Assembly (NCBI RefSeq): GCF_009914755.1 | Contig: NC_060929.1 | DNA: 64,000 bases | DNA from: the human T2T-CHM13v2.0 reference genome, Homo sapiens | Strand: one strand, 5' to 3' | In this document: positions 39,101 to 64,000 of the stretch, piece by piece | How the letters are laid out: every line of letters starts with the position of its first letter | Position numbering within the stretch: position 1 is the stretch's first letter | Translations under genes and position numbers: made by a program | Notes under the pieces: model-generated | Database searches by the model: none | What the model was told of the DNA's origin: nothing | Seen by the model: the letters and a program-made list of their open reading frames with translations, nothing else

Positions 39101-42100
39101 GTACACCCAGCTGCCTCCTGGCCAGCTCCATCTGGATGTCTCACATCACCTCAGACTCCTGGTGCCTAAAACAGAACCGTCTCCCACCCTCCCCCAGAGC
39201 CTCCCCATTCCTGGCTTCCCCCAGTTCACGGATCGTCTAGTTGCTCAAGCCGGAAACTTGGGGTCACCTTGACCTGCTGCTCGTCCTCTCTTGCCCCCCG
39301 CCAGCTTCAGTCCCACGCCAGTCCCTCCTCAATAGCTCCTGCCACCTCCTGCTCTTGTCCTCCCTTGCTGCCTCTCCTGACACGGGCCACCAAACCCCTT
39401 ACCTGGTTCCTTGCTGTAAAACTTCACCAAATGAAGCCAGAGTTGATCATGACCCTCTCGTGCTCGAATCCCTTCTGGGCTCCCCTCTGCCCCCTGCAAA
39501 GCCCACATGATACCACAGAGAAGACCTGTCCCCTGCAGGCCAGCTGCTTCAGCCTCTTCCCTCACACACATCGTCCCGCACACGGCAGCCACCATGGACT
39601 CAACATCCCCGACACACGGTGCTGCCCTCTGCATGCACCGACCCCCTGCCCCTCCCACCAGCTCAGCTGGGACTTCTCTTTTGGGTCCCCGCCTGACAGC
39701 TCTTGCCGTCTGTGCCTCACGTCCACACGGATGATAACGAACCCCTCATGGGGCTGTTGGGATGACGAGGTGAGACGGCATCTGTCAGCTCTTACAGAGA
39801 CGCAGGCGAACAGTGGGGCCCGGCAGCCCTTGCTCTTCGCTCCCCAGGCCGGGGGGTGGCTGCCACTTCCCCCGCATCCTGTGCTGTGGTTGACTTGTCC
39901 TTCTCCCCTGCTGGGCTAAGAACTTCATGAGAGTGGGGTCTGTGGTTTTCCTTCGCCGTCCTGAGTACCCAGCATTAGGAGTTGATGAATGAGGATGTAA
40001 GTGCGTGTACCTTCCCCATGGAGAGCCTTCCTGCGAGGATGTCTGGCATTGTCACCAACACTACAGCTGGGACCGCGGGGCAGTGCAGGCCAGTGAAGGG
40101 AGCAGTGGCTGTGACTCTGCCCTCTCCGGTGAAACGGTGATACCAGCCCAGCCCTGCTCTGCGCTGCCCACGAGGGAGTGTGCATTTGCTTTTGGACTTG
40201 GTGGGGTAAAGTCATGGAATTCCTCTCCCTCCCCATGTCCTGAGCTGGGAGCCCCTCCTCATGTAAGGGCTCCCTGTCTGGGGGAGTCCCTGCTCACCAC
40301 CTCTAGAGGGACTCCCTGGCCCCCGTCTTTGCCGGATCCTGTCCCACCATCTCCCTGTTGAACCACTCCCCTCTCCACTCACACGCTGATCCTGCTCCTC
40401 CAAGACGTTGGAGCAGAGGCAAGCCAGCCGACGGGAGGGCATCCAGCCCAGGAGATAGGTTATTCAAGACCCACCCCACCTGCAGGGACCATGGCATGGC
40501 AGAGAGTAGAAGGAGCAAGGGAGAGGGGAGCTGGAGCAGGACGGGAGGGCAGTGGGGGCTCAGGCAGTGGTTCCAGAACCACCAACTTTGTAGCACTGGC
40601 TGGGCTAGAGAGGCAGTGGGGGCCAGAGGCAAAGGCCCTTCAATGCCAGGCCAGGGAGCTGGACTTCATCCGGGGGCAGGGAAGGTTTTAAGCAAGGGAT
40701 ACCCTGGTCCCCTCCAGTGCCTTTCAGGGGACAAGGGAGGTCGGTACCGCATACCTTCTGTCCCCAAGTTTTCTGTGCCTGAGCTAGCCAGGCATGCTTT
40801 CCCCACCTGGGTTCCCTCAGTTGCTCATGGGGTGCCCCTGACTCAGCTTCATGCCTGTGGGGGTGGTTGGTCAGCACGGCAGTCTTTGAGGCCCCTCTGT
40901 CCCCAGGCCGGGCTGGCACCAGTCAGTCCTCACAGGAAGGCTCCTGGAGGGGCTGTGTGGTGGGGTGTTGGGTGCTTTGGCAGTGGGTAAGCCCTGGCCC
41001 TCTTCCTGCCGTTCCAGGAATCAGCCTCCTCATCCCCCCAGATGCCATACCCCGAGGGAAGATCTATGAGATCTACCTCACGCTGCACAAGCCGGAAGAC
41101 GTGAGGTGTGGCCGCGGGCCCTGTTGCCGGGGGTGGGAGGGACCTGCCTGCTGCCTTCGGTCCCCAGGAAGCCCCCTGCCCACCCACTGTTGTGCCTGGC
41201 CCGAGGCGGCGGGGGAAAGAGCTGTGCCTAAGCCCCACGTGGTCCTGCAGCCCAAGCCCCTGGCCCCTGGGATGCTGCTGCCCTGCCCTTGGCCTAGCCC
41301 TCAGGACCCAGGATGGGCCACTGACACCTTTCCCTCCCCACCCATATTTCCCCACTTGAGGTTGCCCCTAGCTGGCTGTCAGACCCTGCTGAGTCCCATC
41401 GTTAGCTGTGGACCCCCTGGCGTCCTGCTCACCCGGCCAGTCATCCTGGCTATGGACCACTGTGGGGAGCCCAGCCCTGACAGCTGGAGCCTGCGCCTCA
41501 AAAAGCAGTCGTGCGAGGGCAGCTGGGAGGTGAGCAGGGAACTGACCCGGGCTCCAGAAGGGAACGTGGGCTAACTGCACGCTCCACCCGGCCTTCCACC
41601 GCTGGGTGGTCCTGAGCCGCACCCCCACCCCTCCCCAGTCTCCGGCCACTTCTTGAAGCCACAGCTGGCCCTAGGGCTCTGAGGCTGGGCCGAATTGACC
41701 CACTGACCCCTGCCCACAGGATGTGCTGCACCTGGGCGAGGAGGCGCCCTCCCACCTCTACTACTGCCAGCTGGAGGCCAGTGCCTGCTACGTCTTCACC
41801 GAGCAGCTGGGCCGCTTTGCCCTGGTGGGAGAGGCCCTCAGCGTGGCTGCCGCCAAGCGCCTCAAGCTGCTTCTGTTTGCGCCGGTGGCCTGCACCTCCC
41901 TCGAGTACAACATCCGGGTCTACTGCCTGCATGACACCCACGATGCACTCAAGGTATCTCCCGCCCCTCACCCCCCGCCGCTGGGAGGCCGAGCTATGCC
42001 TGGCCCTGTGGACTGCCTGCCTTGGGCGCAGTGGGGAGGGGCCTGGGCTGACCACCTGGGGCACTGCAGGAGGTGGTGCAGCTGGAGAAGCAGCTGGGGG

Positions 42101-43712
42101 GACAGCTGATCCAGGAGCCACGGGTCCTGCACTTCAAGGACAGTTACCACAACCTGCGCCTATCCATCCACGATGTGCCCAGCTCCCTGTGGAAGAGTAA
42201 GCTCCTTGTCAGCTACCAGGTGAGGGCCAGGGCCGTGGCCAGCGCACAAGAGGCCTGGAGCTTGGGCTCACCTGACACCTCCTCTCTGCAACCCCATCAG
42301 GAGATCCCCTTTTATCACATCTGGAATGGCACGCAGCGGTACTTGCACTGCACCTTCACCCTGGAGCGTGTCAGCCCCAGCACTAGTGACCTGGCCTGCA
42401 AGCTGTGGGTGTGGCAGGTGGAGGGCGACGGGCAGAGCTTCAGCATCAACTTCAACATCACCAAGGTGGACGGGAGGGGCTGCCGCACCGCCGTGACGTG
42501 CTTCCACTACCAACTCCCCACCAGCCCCCAAAACGCTCCTGCCCTGCCTGCCCTGCCACCCACTCTCCCTCCCGCCTGTCCCCAGGCCCACCTCCTCCTA
42601 GAAACCCCTTGGCAGCTTCCTCCCAGACTCAGAGACAGGGAGGCACAGGTGCAAATGGGACTTGGGGAGGGGAGTGCAGGGGACATGGGAGCAGCAGGAG
42701 GGGAGACCCTGGAGGGCTTCCCTGAGGAGGGGCTTTGTACTGGGCCCCAAAGAATGAGCCAGTTTGGCTGCGGCATTAAGGGGAAGAGCATTTCTGGCGG
42801 TGAGAGCTGGGCAGGGGGGACTCAGGCCGTGAAGAGAGCTGTGTGTGTTGAGTGTCAGCAGAGGCTGGGCAGAGTGACTTGGAGGGGAGAAGGGCGGAGA
42901 GGGAGGGAGGCCACAGAGGGCTCCTCTGCTCTCTGGCTATGTGGCTTTGGGCAGGTCGCTGCACCTCCGAGCCCCAGTAAGAAGGGCCTTGGCACATGGG
43001 AGGTGCCCAGGAAGTACCAGTGCTCATGCCGCCCCCATGCTCTGGGGGAGTCTGGGAGCTCCCCCAGCAGGAGGTGGCGGTGGACCCGGGCCTGGGGAAA
43101 GTTCTAACAGGCACCTCTTTCCCTCCCACCTCCAGGACACAAGGTTTGCTGAGCTGCTGGCTCTGGAGAGTGAAGCGGGGGTCCCAGCCCTGGTGGGCCC
43201 CAGTGCCTTCAAGATCCCCTTCCTCATTCGGCAGAAGATAATTTCCAGCCTGGACCCACCCTGTAGGCGGGGTGCCGACTGGCGGACTCTGGCCCAGAAA
43301 CTCCACCTGGACAGGTGGGCGGGAGAGGGGCAGAGAGGGCCTGCGCAGGCCACCGACAGTCCTGCCCGGCGGCGGGGTGGGTGAGGTGGACAGGAGGCCC
43401 TGTGGGGCCTGTGCCGCATCTACTAGTGGCCGGGGCAGTCATTGTGTTTGGCTTCGGGGAGGCCCTGCCCTGGGGTGGGCCAGGGGGGGCAGGAGGTGTC
43501 AGCTGGGGCCAGGCCAGGCTGCTGACGGCCCCCCTCCCCTCCACAGCCATCTCAGCTTCTTTGCCTCCAAGCCCAGCCCCACAGCCATGATCCTCAACCT
43601 GTGGGAGGCGCGGCACTTCCCCAACGGCAACCTCAGCCAGCTGGCTGCAGCAGTGGCTGGACTGGGCCAGCCAGACGCTGGCCTCTTCACAGTGTCGGAG
43701 GCTGAGTGCTGA
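26921..43712 (+). CDS. UNC5A: UNC5A netrin receptor, spliced CDS exons 2-16 (5' exon outside window)
   Basis: 15 GT-AG exons with consistent phases encode Ig, Ig, TSP1, TSP1, TM, ZU5, UPA and death domain, ending ...FTVSEAEC*. In-window CDS is 2627 nt with the 168-nt TSP1 exon and 2459 nt without it. Confidence 0.98.
28005..28180. repeat. Polypyrimidine (CCT/CCCCT) low-complexity tract
   Basis: Almost exclusively C/T on the plus strand. Confidence 0.9.
32430..32573 (+). CDS. UNC5A: UNC5A exon 3 (Ig1 end)
   Basis: ccccag|GGCTG...GCCT|gtgagt; [33 protein letters not shown]; 144 nt. Confidence 0.96.
32861..32964 (+). CDS. UNC5A: UNC5A exon 4 (Ig2)
   Basis: ttctag|ATTTG...GAG|gtgagg; [34 protein letters not shown]; 104 nt. 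Confidence 0.96.
33084..33264 (+). CDS. UNC5A: UNC5A exon 5 (Ig2)
   Basis: ccctag|GTGGAG...TACG|gtgggc; [12 protein letters not shown]...[11 protein letters not shown]; 181 nt. Confidence 0.95.
33914..34081 (+). CDS. UNC5A: UNC5A first TSP1 exon (symmetric, probably cassette)
   Basis: ggccag|TGAACGG...CCAG|gtacca; [28 protein letters not shown]; 168 nt, phase 1-1. Confidence 0.9.
34504..34522 (+). promoter_or_regulatory. CTCF-like motif
   Basis: TGGACACTAGAGGGCGTGC matches the core C-A-C/G-Y-A-G-R-K-G-G-C-R. Confidence 0.45.
34670..34834 (+). CDS. UNC5A: UNC5A second TSP1 exon
   Basis: atctag|TGGAC...CACA|gtgagt; [25 protein letters not shown]; 165 nt. Confidence 0.96.
35074..37047. repeat. 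Large 33-35-bp VNTR, about 58 units
   Basis: CAACACCACAGCTTC(C/A)CATCTGCCCACACTC(A/G)C(C)(C) units over about 1.97 kb. Confidence 0.97.
37794..37982 (+). CDS. UNC5A: UNC5A transmembrane exon
   Basis: ccgcag|CTGCT...GCAG|gtgagg; hydrophobic [21 protein letters not shown] followed by DSDVADS; 189 nt. Confidence 0.96.
38090..38392 (+). CDS. UNC5A: UNC5A juxtamembrane/ZU5-start exon
   Basis: ctgcag|ACAAC...ACAG|gtagga; [11 protein letters not shown]...[15 protein letters not shown]; 303 nt. Confidence 0.95.
41018..41105 (+). CDS. UNC5A: UNC5A ZU5 exon
   Basis: ttccag|GAATC...GTGAG|gtgtgg; [20 protein letters not shown]; 88 nt. Confidence 0.94.
41361..41529 (+). CDS. UNC5A: UNC5A ZU5 exon
   Basis: cttgag|GTTG...GAG|gtgagc; [20 protein letters not shown]; 169 nt. 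Confidence 0.94.
41720..41953 (+). CDS. UNC5A: UNC5A ZU5/UPA exon
   Basis: ccacag|GATGTG...AAG|gtatct; DVLHLGEE...[16 protein letters not shown]; 234 nt. Confidence 0.95.
42070..42219 (+). CDS. UNC5A: UNC5A UPA exon
   Basis: ctgcag|GAGGTG...CAG|gtgagg; [32 protein letters not shown]; 150 nt. Confidence 0.95.
42301..42465 (+). CDS. UNC5A: UNC5A UPA exon
   Basis: catcag|GAGATC...AAG|gtggac; [23 protein letters not shown]; 165 nt. Confidence 0.95.
43136..43314 (+). CDS. UNC5A: UNC5A death domain exon
   Basis: ctccag|GACACA...GACAG|gtgggc; [19 protein letters not shown]...DWRTLAQKL; 179 nt. Confidence 0.95.
43547..43712 (+). CDS. UNC5A: UNC5A last exon, coding part
   Basis: ccacag|CCATCTC; [24 protein letters not shown]...SEAEC, TGA at 43710-43712. 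Confidence 0.96.
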
Positions 43713-44698
43713 GGCCGGCCAGGCCCGACACCTACACTCTCACCAGCTTTGGCACCCACCAAGGACAGGCAGAAGCCGGACAGGGGCCCTTCCCCACACC
43801 GGGGAGAGCTGCTCGGACAGGCCCCCTCCCGGCCGAAGCTGTCCCTTAATGCTGGTCCTTCAGACCCTGCCCGAACTCCCACCTCTCCATGGCCTGCCTA
43901 GCCAGGCTGGCACTGCCACTCACACTCGGCCCCAGGGCCCAGGAGGGACAGTGCCTGGAGCCTGGGCCAGGCCCAGCCCATCTGTGTGTGTGTATGTGCG
44001 TGTGATGCTACCTCTCCTCCCGTCCCTCTCCAGGGGCCCCGCATACACACGGCCATGCACGCACACACTGGGCCTGGGCCAGGGCCCCAGAGCTCCTGCC
44101 TGAGCTGGACCTTATGCAAACATTTCTGTGCCTGCTGGGTAGGGGCACGTCTGAGGGGCCCTGCTCCAAGCCTGCAGGACCGAGGGCCACAGCCGGACAG
44201 GGGGTAGCCCCTGGATTCAGGCACACGACCACCACACGAGCACGTGCCACGCATGCCTCGTGTGCTCATCTCACACACACCCCCCTCCCGGGTCACGCAG
44301 ACACCCCCCAACCACACACATCTCATGCCGTACACCTGAGGCTGCTCACGTCTCACGCCCAGTGTTGGTGCACATTTGCCTCTCACATGCTGCCCTCTCC
44401 ACCCACCCAGGGACACCCCACGGCTCCTCCCTGCCCCTGCCCCTCCCCCAGCCTTGAGGTGCCCTGCCCGGCGGGGCCTGTGAATATGCAATGGGAGTCC
44501 CAGGCTGTACAGTGGTGAGTGTGTGTGTGGCGTGGCGTGCCCGTCCCCAGGGCTGGCTGGTGCCCCACGCGGGGCCTGTCATGTGAAGCTCGTGTCCTGA
44601 CTTTGTCTTAAGTGCATTCACGCACTTACTCTTGGCCTTATGTACACAGCCTTGCCCGGCCGCCGGGGCACATAGGGGTTTTATCGGGCGTGAATGTA

Positions 44699-44704
44699 AA
44701 TAAA
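44699..44704 (+). terminator. UNC5A poly(A) signal AATAAA
   Basis: First canonical AATAAA seen after the stop codon, with upstream TGTA elements at 44641 and 44695. Confidence 0.8.
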
Positions 44705-44713
44705 TTATATATA

Positions 44714-44719
44714 TATATT
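44714..44719 (-). terminator. Candidate HK3 poly(A) signal (variant AATATA)
   Basis: Plus-strand tatatt reads AATATA on minus, about 180 nt after the HK3 stop. No AATAAA seen on minus in this interval. Confidence 0.55.
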
Positions 44720-44898
44720 GCTAACCTGAGTGCTACTTCTCTCAGGGAAAGCCAGGGAGCAAGGCCAAATGGCCGCAGAGGGGTCACACATGGGATGTCC
44801 CAGGAGTCCTGGGTGGCTGGGCCTGGCTGGGAAACAGGCAGACCCCGACCCGGCTCCAGCAAGGCTGCGGCGGAGACCTCCTCAGCCTGGAGGTTTCC

Positions 44899-59985
<15,087 letters not shown>

Positions 59986-61349
59986 GAGCTTCCACAGTGG
60001 AAGGTGGCCACCTATGGGAGAAAAGGGACAACCTGGGTCAACCATTTACTCTATAGGCCCTAGGAGTCTGTAACCCAGACCAACTTCCTTCCTTCTGAAG
60101 GGGACCAGGAAGGAAGCTGGGAACAGAATTCAGAACCTCCAACCATCAAAGATCCTGTAGCAGTCAACCAGAAGGCCCTTGTTTTTCACAAGCATGTCTA
60201 ATGAGAGAGCACTGGAAAGGCTGATTTCAGTCCAAATGCCATTCGTTAATTCTGTCATTCATTGACATTCACCAGTTCCTGATGCCTGCTATGCTGGACG
60301 TTGTGGTACAGATGAAGCAGACCTAGGCCCTGCCCTCAGGGACCTCACAGTCTCATCAACAATCACAGTATGATTAGCACAGGCAGTGAGCAAGATGGCC
60401 ACATGTAATAGATGGACATGCTGCTGTGGTTGGGAGGTCAGGGACATGCTAGAGGCTTGGAACAAAGAGGGAACCAAAGACCTGCCAGAGAAGCAGGCAG
60501 GCTGGAAAAGGGACAGCCATTGTGCCAGGCTAAGGCACATGAATTTCATCCTGAAGGCAACAGGGGTCATGGACAGGGGTGGATCTGTGCTTCAGAAAGG
60601 GGTTCCACTAGTGACCTGACCTTGGACGTCATTTATGACTTCTTTGAATTTCAGCTTCCATCCATAAAACAGGAGGAAATAATATCTACCCTCACAAGGT
60701 TGTTGTGAGCACTAAATAGAATAACACCTGGGGAAATGCTTTATGAGATGTAGTGTGCAACATAAACATCAGGTGGGTTTTAACAGTGAAGTGATGCAGA
60801 GCAGAAAGAGCCCTGTACTCAGAGGTGGGAACCCTGCTCTCCACAAGGCAGCTGCACCCCATCTCAACCTCCAGGCTTTTCATCTGTGAAATGGGACCAA
60901 CATGTATCAAAGGGTTGTGTGGGGCAAATGAGATCACGAGAGCAAAGGAACTTGCTCAGATGTGCATTCAGATTTATGTAGTTGAATCTGAACTGAAACT
61001 CTATGATTCTCCATTTCCTCTATAACATGAAAAGCTCAGTTCTTGTGAGGATTAAAGGAGTTAGTGGTCCTTTGCACACTGTAAGGAACTGTAGAAATGT
61101 CAGATACTTCGCTCATCCGAGCTGGAGGTGGTATTGCTGTTTCCATAGTCCCAAGGGAGCCCTCAGTGAGTCAGGTGCTCTTTAGGGGTGGGGGAAAAGG
61201 GAAACACAGCAGAGGGCCCAATATGGGAAGAGACATCTGTCCACTGAGTCACTTTACCTCCCTTCCTTGCAACAGCAGAACTTCTGGAAATATAGTACCT
61301 TCCCACCCCTACACTCCCCTCCTTGCCTACTCCCACTATGCTCACTAAT

Positions 61350-62020
61350 TTGCCCTCCACGTGGTCACTGGTGACCTCCTAACTGCCCAATCCCAAGCCT
61401 TTTCCTCAGTCCCCACCTCTGCTGCCCTCTCTCAGGCATGCAAAGCCAGTAGTCATTCTCTTTGCTACAGAATTCCCCCTGTCCTTGGCTTTCACGGCCA
61501 GTCTCTCCTAGGTCTCCTTCCTGAGTCTCTCGTAGTCTTCATCAGTAATTTCTCTTCCTTCAGACAATGGGGTTCCCAAGTTTCGGTCATGCCCTCCCTC
61601 TACACTCCCTTTATCTCGCCCATTCCCAAGGTTTCATTAATAGCTGTGTCAGGGCTCCCAAATCTACCTTTGGCCTCAGCCAAATCCTAAATCCCAGTGG
61701 TCTGTTAGACATCACTATCTGGATGGTGGAGAAGCTCCTCAAATTCAACAAAGCCATACTCATTTTTCCATCACCTTACCCCCACAAAGCTCTTCTGTTC
61801 TCCACCTTGACTGGAGACATCGAAGTGTGCTCACTCACACGGCCGTTCGGGCTGCCTGCGCGCATCCCTCACCCTCACCTCCTCTATGCAATTGGATCTC
61901 AGGCTCTCTAAGAGCTCTCCTCTGCATCCCCTCCTCCCCATTCCCACACACTGCACCAGACCATCCTCCGGCCTGATTATTACAACAGCCTCCTAAACTG
62001 ACAGCTCTGCTTCTAGTTTC
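61350..62020. mobile_element. Probable L2 remnant
   Basis: L2-like text (gtcactggtgacctcct...tagacatcactatctggatg...aacagcctcctaa); boundaries approximate. Confidence 0.5.
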
Positions 62021-62676
62021 TTCACCTCCTTACCCCACCCAACTTGATCACCTCTGCACTCATGGCCGGCACAGGGTCTGGTATAGGTATGTGCTAATGT
62101 GCCTTTCCAAAATTGGAAGCAAGGGGAGTGGGTAGTTTTTTATTTAATAAAGCAACAAATCAGCTTCTGATAAATCTCCCCAAACCATACATACCTATGC
62201 TGAGTTTCCAAATCTGTCAAATAGGGGTGTGGAATTCTTGTTCTATGCTGCAGGTCTATTTCAAGGATAAAATGAGGTAACTGGGGCAATTACCTTCGAA
62301 AAGGACTAAGGGCTACACACGTGTCTTTCTCAAGGCCCAGCTAGTTCATTTATTCATTCACTCACTCATTCATTCCCTCATCCATTCAATATTTATTCAG
62401 CATTTTTACATGACAGAATCTGTGAAGCAATCCCCAAGTAGCCCTAATATTTATATGCTAGGTAAATGTATTCAGCTCTGTCTCTTCCCACTGAGATTCC
62501 CTGTGGGGAGGGACATGTCTCCTTCACTGCAGTATCCCCAGAGCCCAGGGTCTGTTTGCCTAAGGGCCCCGTGGCTTCCCTTAGCTGAATGGGCTACACG
62601 AAGTGAGTTTTCCTCCTGAAAAGTACCCCAGGGACCTCTACTGATGTTGGGAGCTGCCATCGAGAACCAGCTGGCA

Positions 62677-62975
62677 GGCTGGGTGTGGTGGCTTGCACCT
62701 GTAATCCCAGCACTTTGGGAGGCTGAGGCAGACAGACTGCTTGAGCCCAGGAATGTGAGACTAGCCTGGGCAACATGGCAAAACGCCATCGCTAGAAAAA
62801 AATAACAAAAATTAGCTGGGTGTGGTGGTGTGCGCCTGTAGTCTCAGCTACTCCGGAGGCTGAGGTGGGAGGATCACTTGAACCCAGGAGGTCAAGGCTG
62901 GAGTGAGCCCTGACTGTGCCACTGTACTCCAGTCTGGGTGATAGAGAGAGAGACCCCATCTCAAAAACAAAGAAA
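62677..62975 (+). mobile_element. AluJ-like with 14-bp TSD
   Basis: TSD GAGAACCAGCTGGC at 62662-62675 and 62976-62989. Confidence 0.92.
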
Positions 62976-63092
62976 GAGAACCAGCTGGCTTAATCTTTCC
63001 AGTGTCCACTTCCCCTGGTGTGAGCCAAACAGGAGGGATGAGGACAAGACAGCTGTGGAAGGAGCAGGCAGTAATTAGACCGAAGTGCTTAC

Positions 63093-63170
63093 CTGGGACA
63101 CAGAGAAGCTAGTCACTCTCCTCAGGTCTGAGCTCTTGTCTGGCAATATGAGGCACCCCAATGACCAAAA
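63093..63170 (-). other. HK3: HK3 non-coding exon 1 (5' end approximate)
   Basis: Strong donor CAG|gtaagc at 63093/63092; TATAA-like element at 63198-63194 upstream on minus; exon 2 begins with an acceptor, so an upstream exon is required. Confidence 0.7.
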
Positions 63171-63189
63171 GCAACACTCAGGGGTGACC

Positions 63190-63340
63190 CGAGTTATAAT
63201 ATCCTCAAGCCCCACCCTTTTCCTCCACCACCACTTACCAAACATCAGCTAATTCAGGAAGCTGCACTTCCTTCCAAGCCTGCCCTAAGAGTAGCCCAGG
63301 CTAGGCAAGGCTGTGGTGAAAACTTGAGCAAGATGATTAC
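63190..63340 (-). promoter_or_regulatory. HK3 proximal promoter (TATA-like, CACCC, PU.1/ETS, RUNX, C/EBP motifs)
   Basis: AAGGAAGTG (minus) 63265-63273, TGTGGT 63312-63317, TTGAGCAA 63324-63331, CCCCACCC near 63210. Confidence 0.6.
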
Positions 63341-64000
63341 CGCGAAGTGGAGCGTTGAACTGGGTCTAAGATTTTGGGCCATTCCCTCTACAATGCTGAG
63401 GGCTGTTTATTTTGCAAATATAGTGAGTTCTGAGGTGGTGGCTCGCCCCTAGAAGGAGCTGGAGGCGCCTAGCCTGGAAAGGTTATGGTAAGTACTTTTG
63501 AGCAAGAGGCAATGTGGGAGCACAAGCGGAAGGGACTGACTCTGCAGAGAGTGGGCAGGGCTAGCTGAAGAAGCTGAGTCTTGAAGAAAGAACAGCAGTA
63601 TGCTGACAAAAGTGGTCCTTGACAAAGTGGAGAGCATGTGCACAACCACAAATCACACACACACAGCAATGAGGTGCAGCTCCAGGCGCCTGAAGAGGGT
63701 ACACCAAGGTAGGAATATATAGTGGGAGAGGAGGTGACAGGCAGACTGCGGAGTCTAGCCTTTAGTCTGTAGGCTGCGCAGGGAGAGTAGGTTCACATCT
63801 TAGGTCTTCTCTACTGGAAGAAGGGGAGTGTTAGGCTGCTGTGGAGCTATTGGCGAACAAGCTGTTTTTCTGTGGGAATTTCTCCTCAAAGGCACAGAAC
63901 CTTGGGGCACCAATGTAGAATACTAGACAGCCTGCAACAATCTTTGTTGAAGGCATGGATACACTTTAAAGCTTCAGGCTGCCTTGTCAGCAGTAACTCT

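Larger units (their letters stand above)
43713..44724 (+). other. UNC5A: UNC5A 3' UTR (end approximate)
   Basis: From the stop codon to about 20 nt past AATAAA at 44699-44704. Confidence 0.75.

Noticed and set aside
42067-42303. CAGGAG NAGNAG acceptors at two UPA exons
   Set aside because: A distal GAG is rarely used; no evidence from sequence alone.
42073-43107. 344-aa ORF spanning UPA exons
   Set aside because: Explained by two real exons joined by an 81-nt stop-free intron plus GC-rich read-through; not a separate gene.

Overview
GC-rich mammalian (human-like: Alu, L1, MIR, L2) genomic DNA with two convergent spliced genes. Plus strand: the netrin receptor UNC5A. About 27 kb of intron 1 is followed by 15 coding exons (26921-43712: Ig-Ig-TSP1-TSP1-TM-ZU5-UPA-death domain); exon 1 lies upstream of the window. 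Minus strand: the complete hexokinase-3 gene HK3, with a non-coding exon 1 near 63093-63170 and 18 coding exons (59985-44899) summing to 2772 nt, 923 aa. The two 3' ends meet at one short AT-rich element near 44700-44720 that appears to carry a poly(A) signal for each strand. No prokaryotic systems, CRISPR arrays or RNA genes were seen. Most notable non-obvious structures: a frameshifted but splice-site-intact duplicate of HK3 exon 5 in HK3 intron 2 (candidate poison exon); a tandemly amplified REST/RE1 site cluster in UNC5A intron 1; a 2-kb YCAY/E-box/RUNX-rich VNTR between the last ectodomain exon and the TM exon, followed by a candidate alternative terminal exon that would encode soluble UNC5A; and a (GGAA)17 microsatellite. 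Exon boundaries were read by eye from GT/AG and phase continuity. All regulatory claims are motif-level hypotheses.
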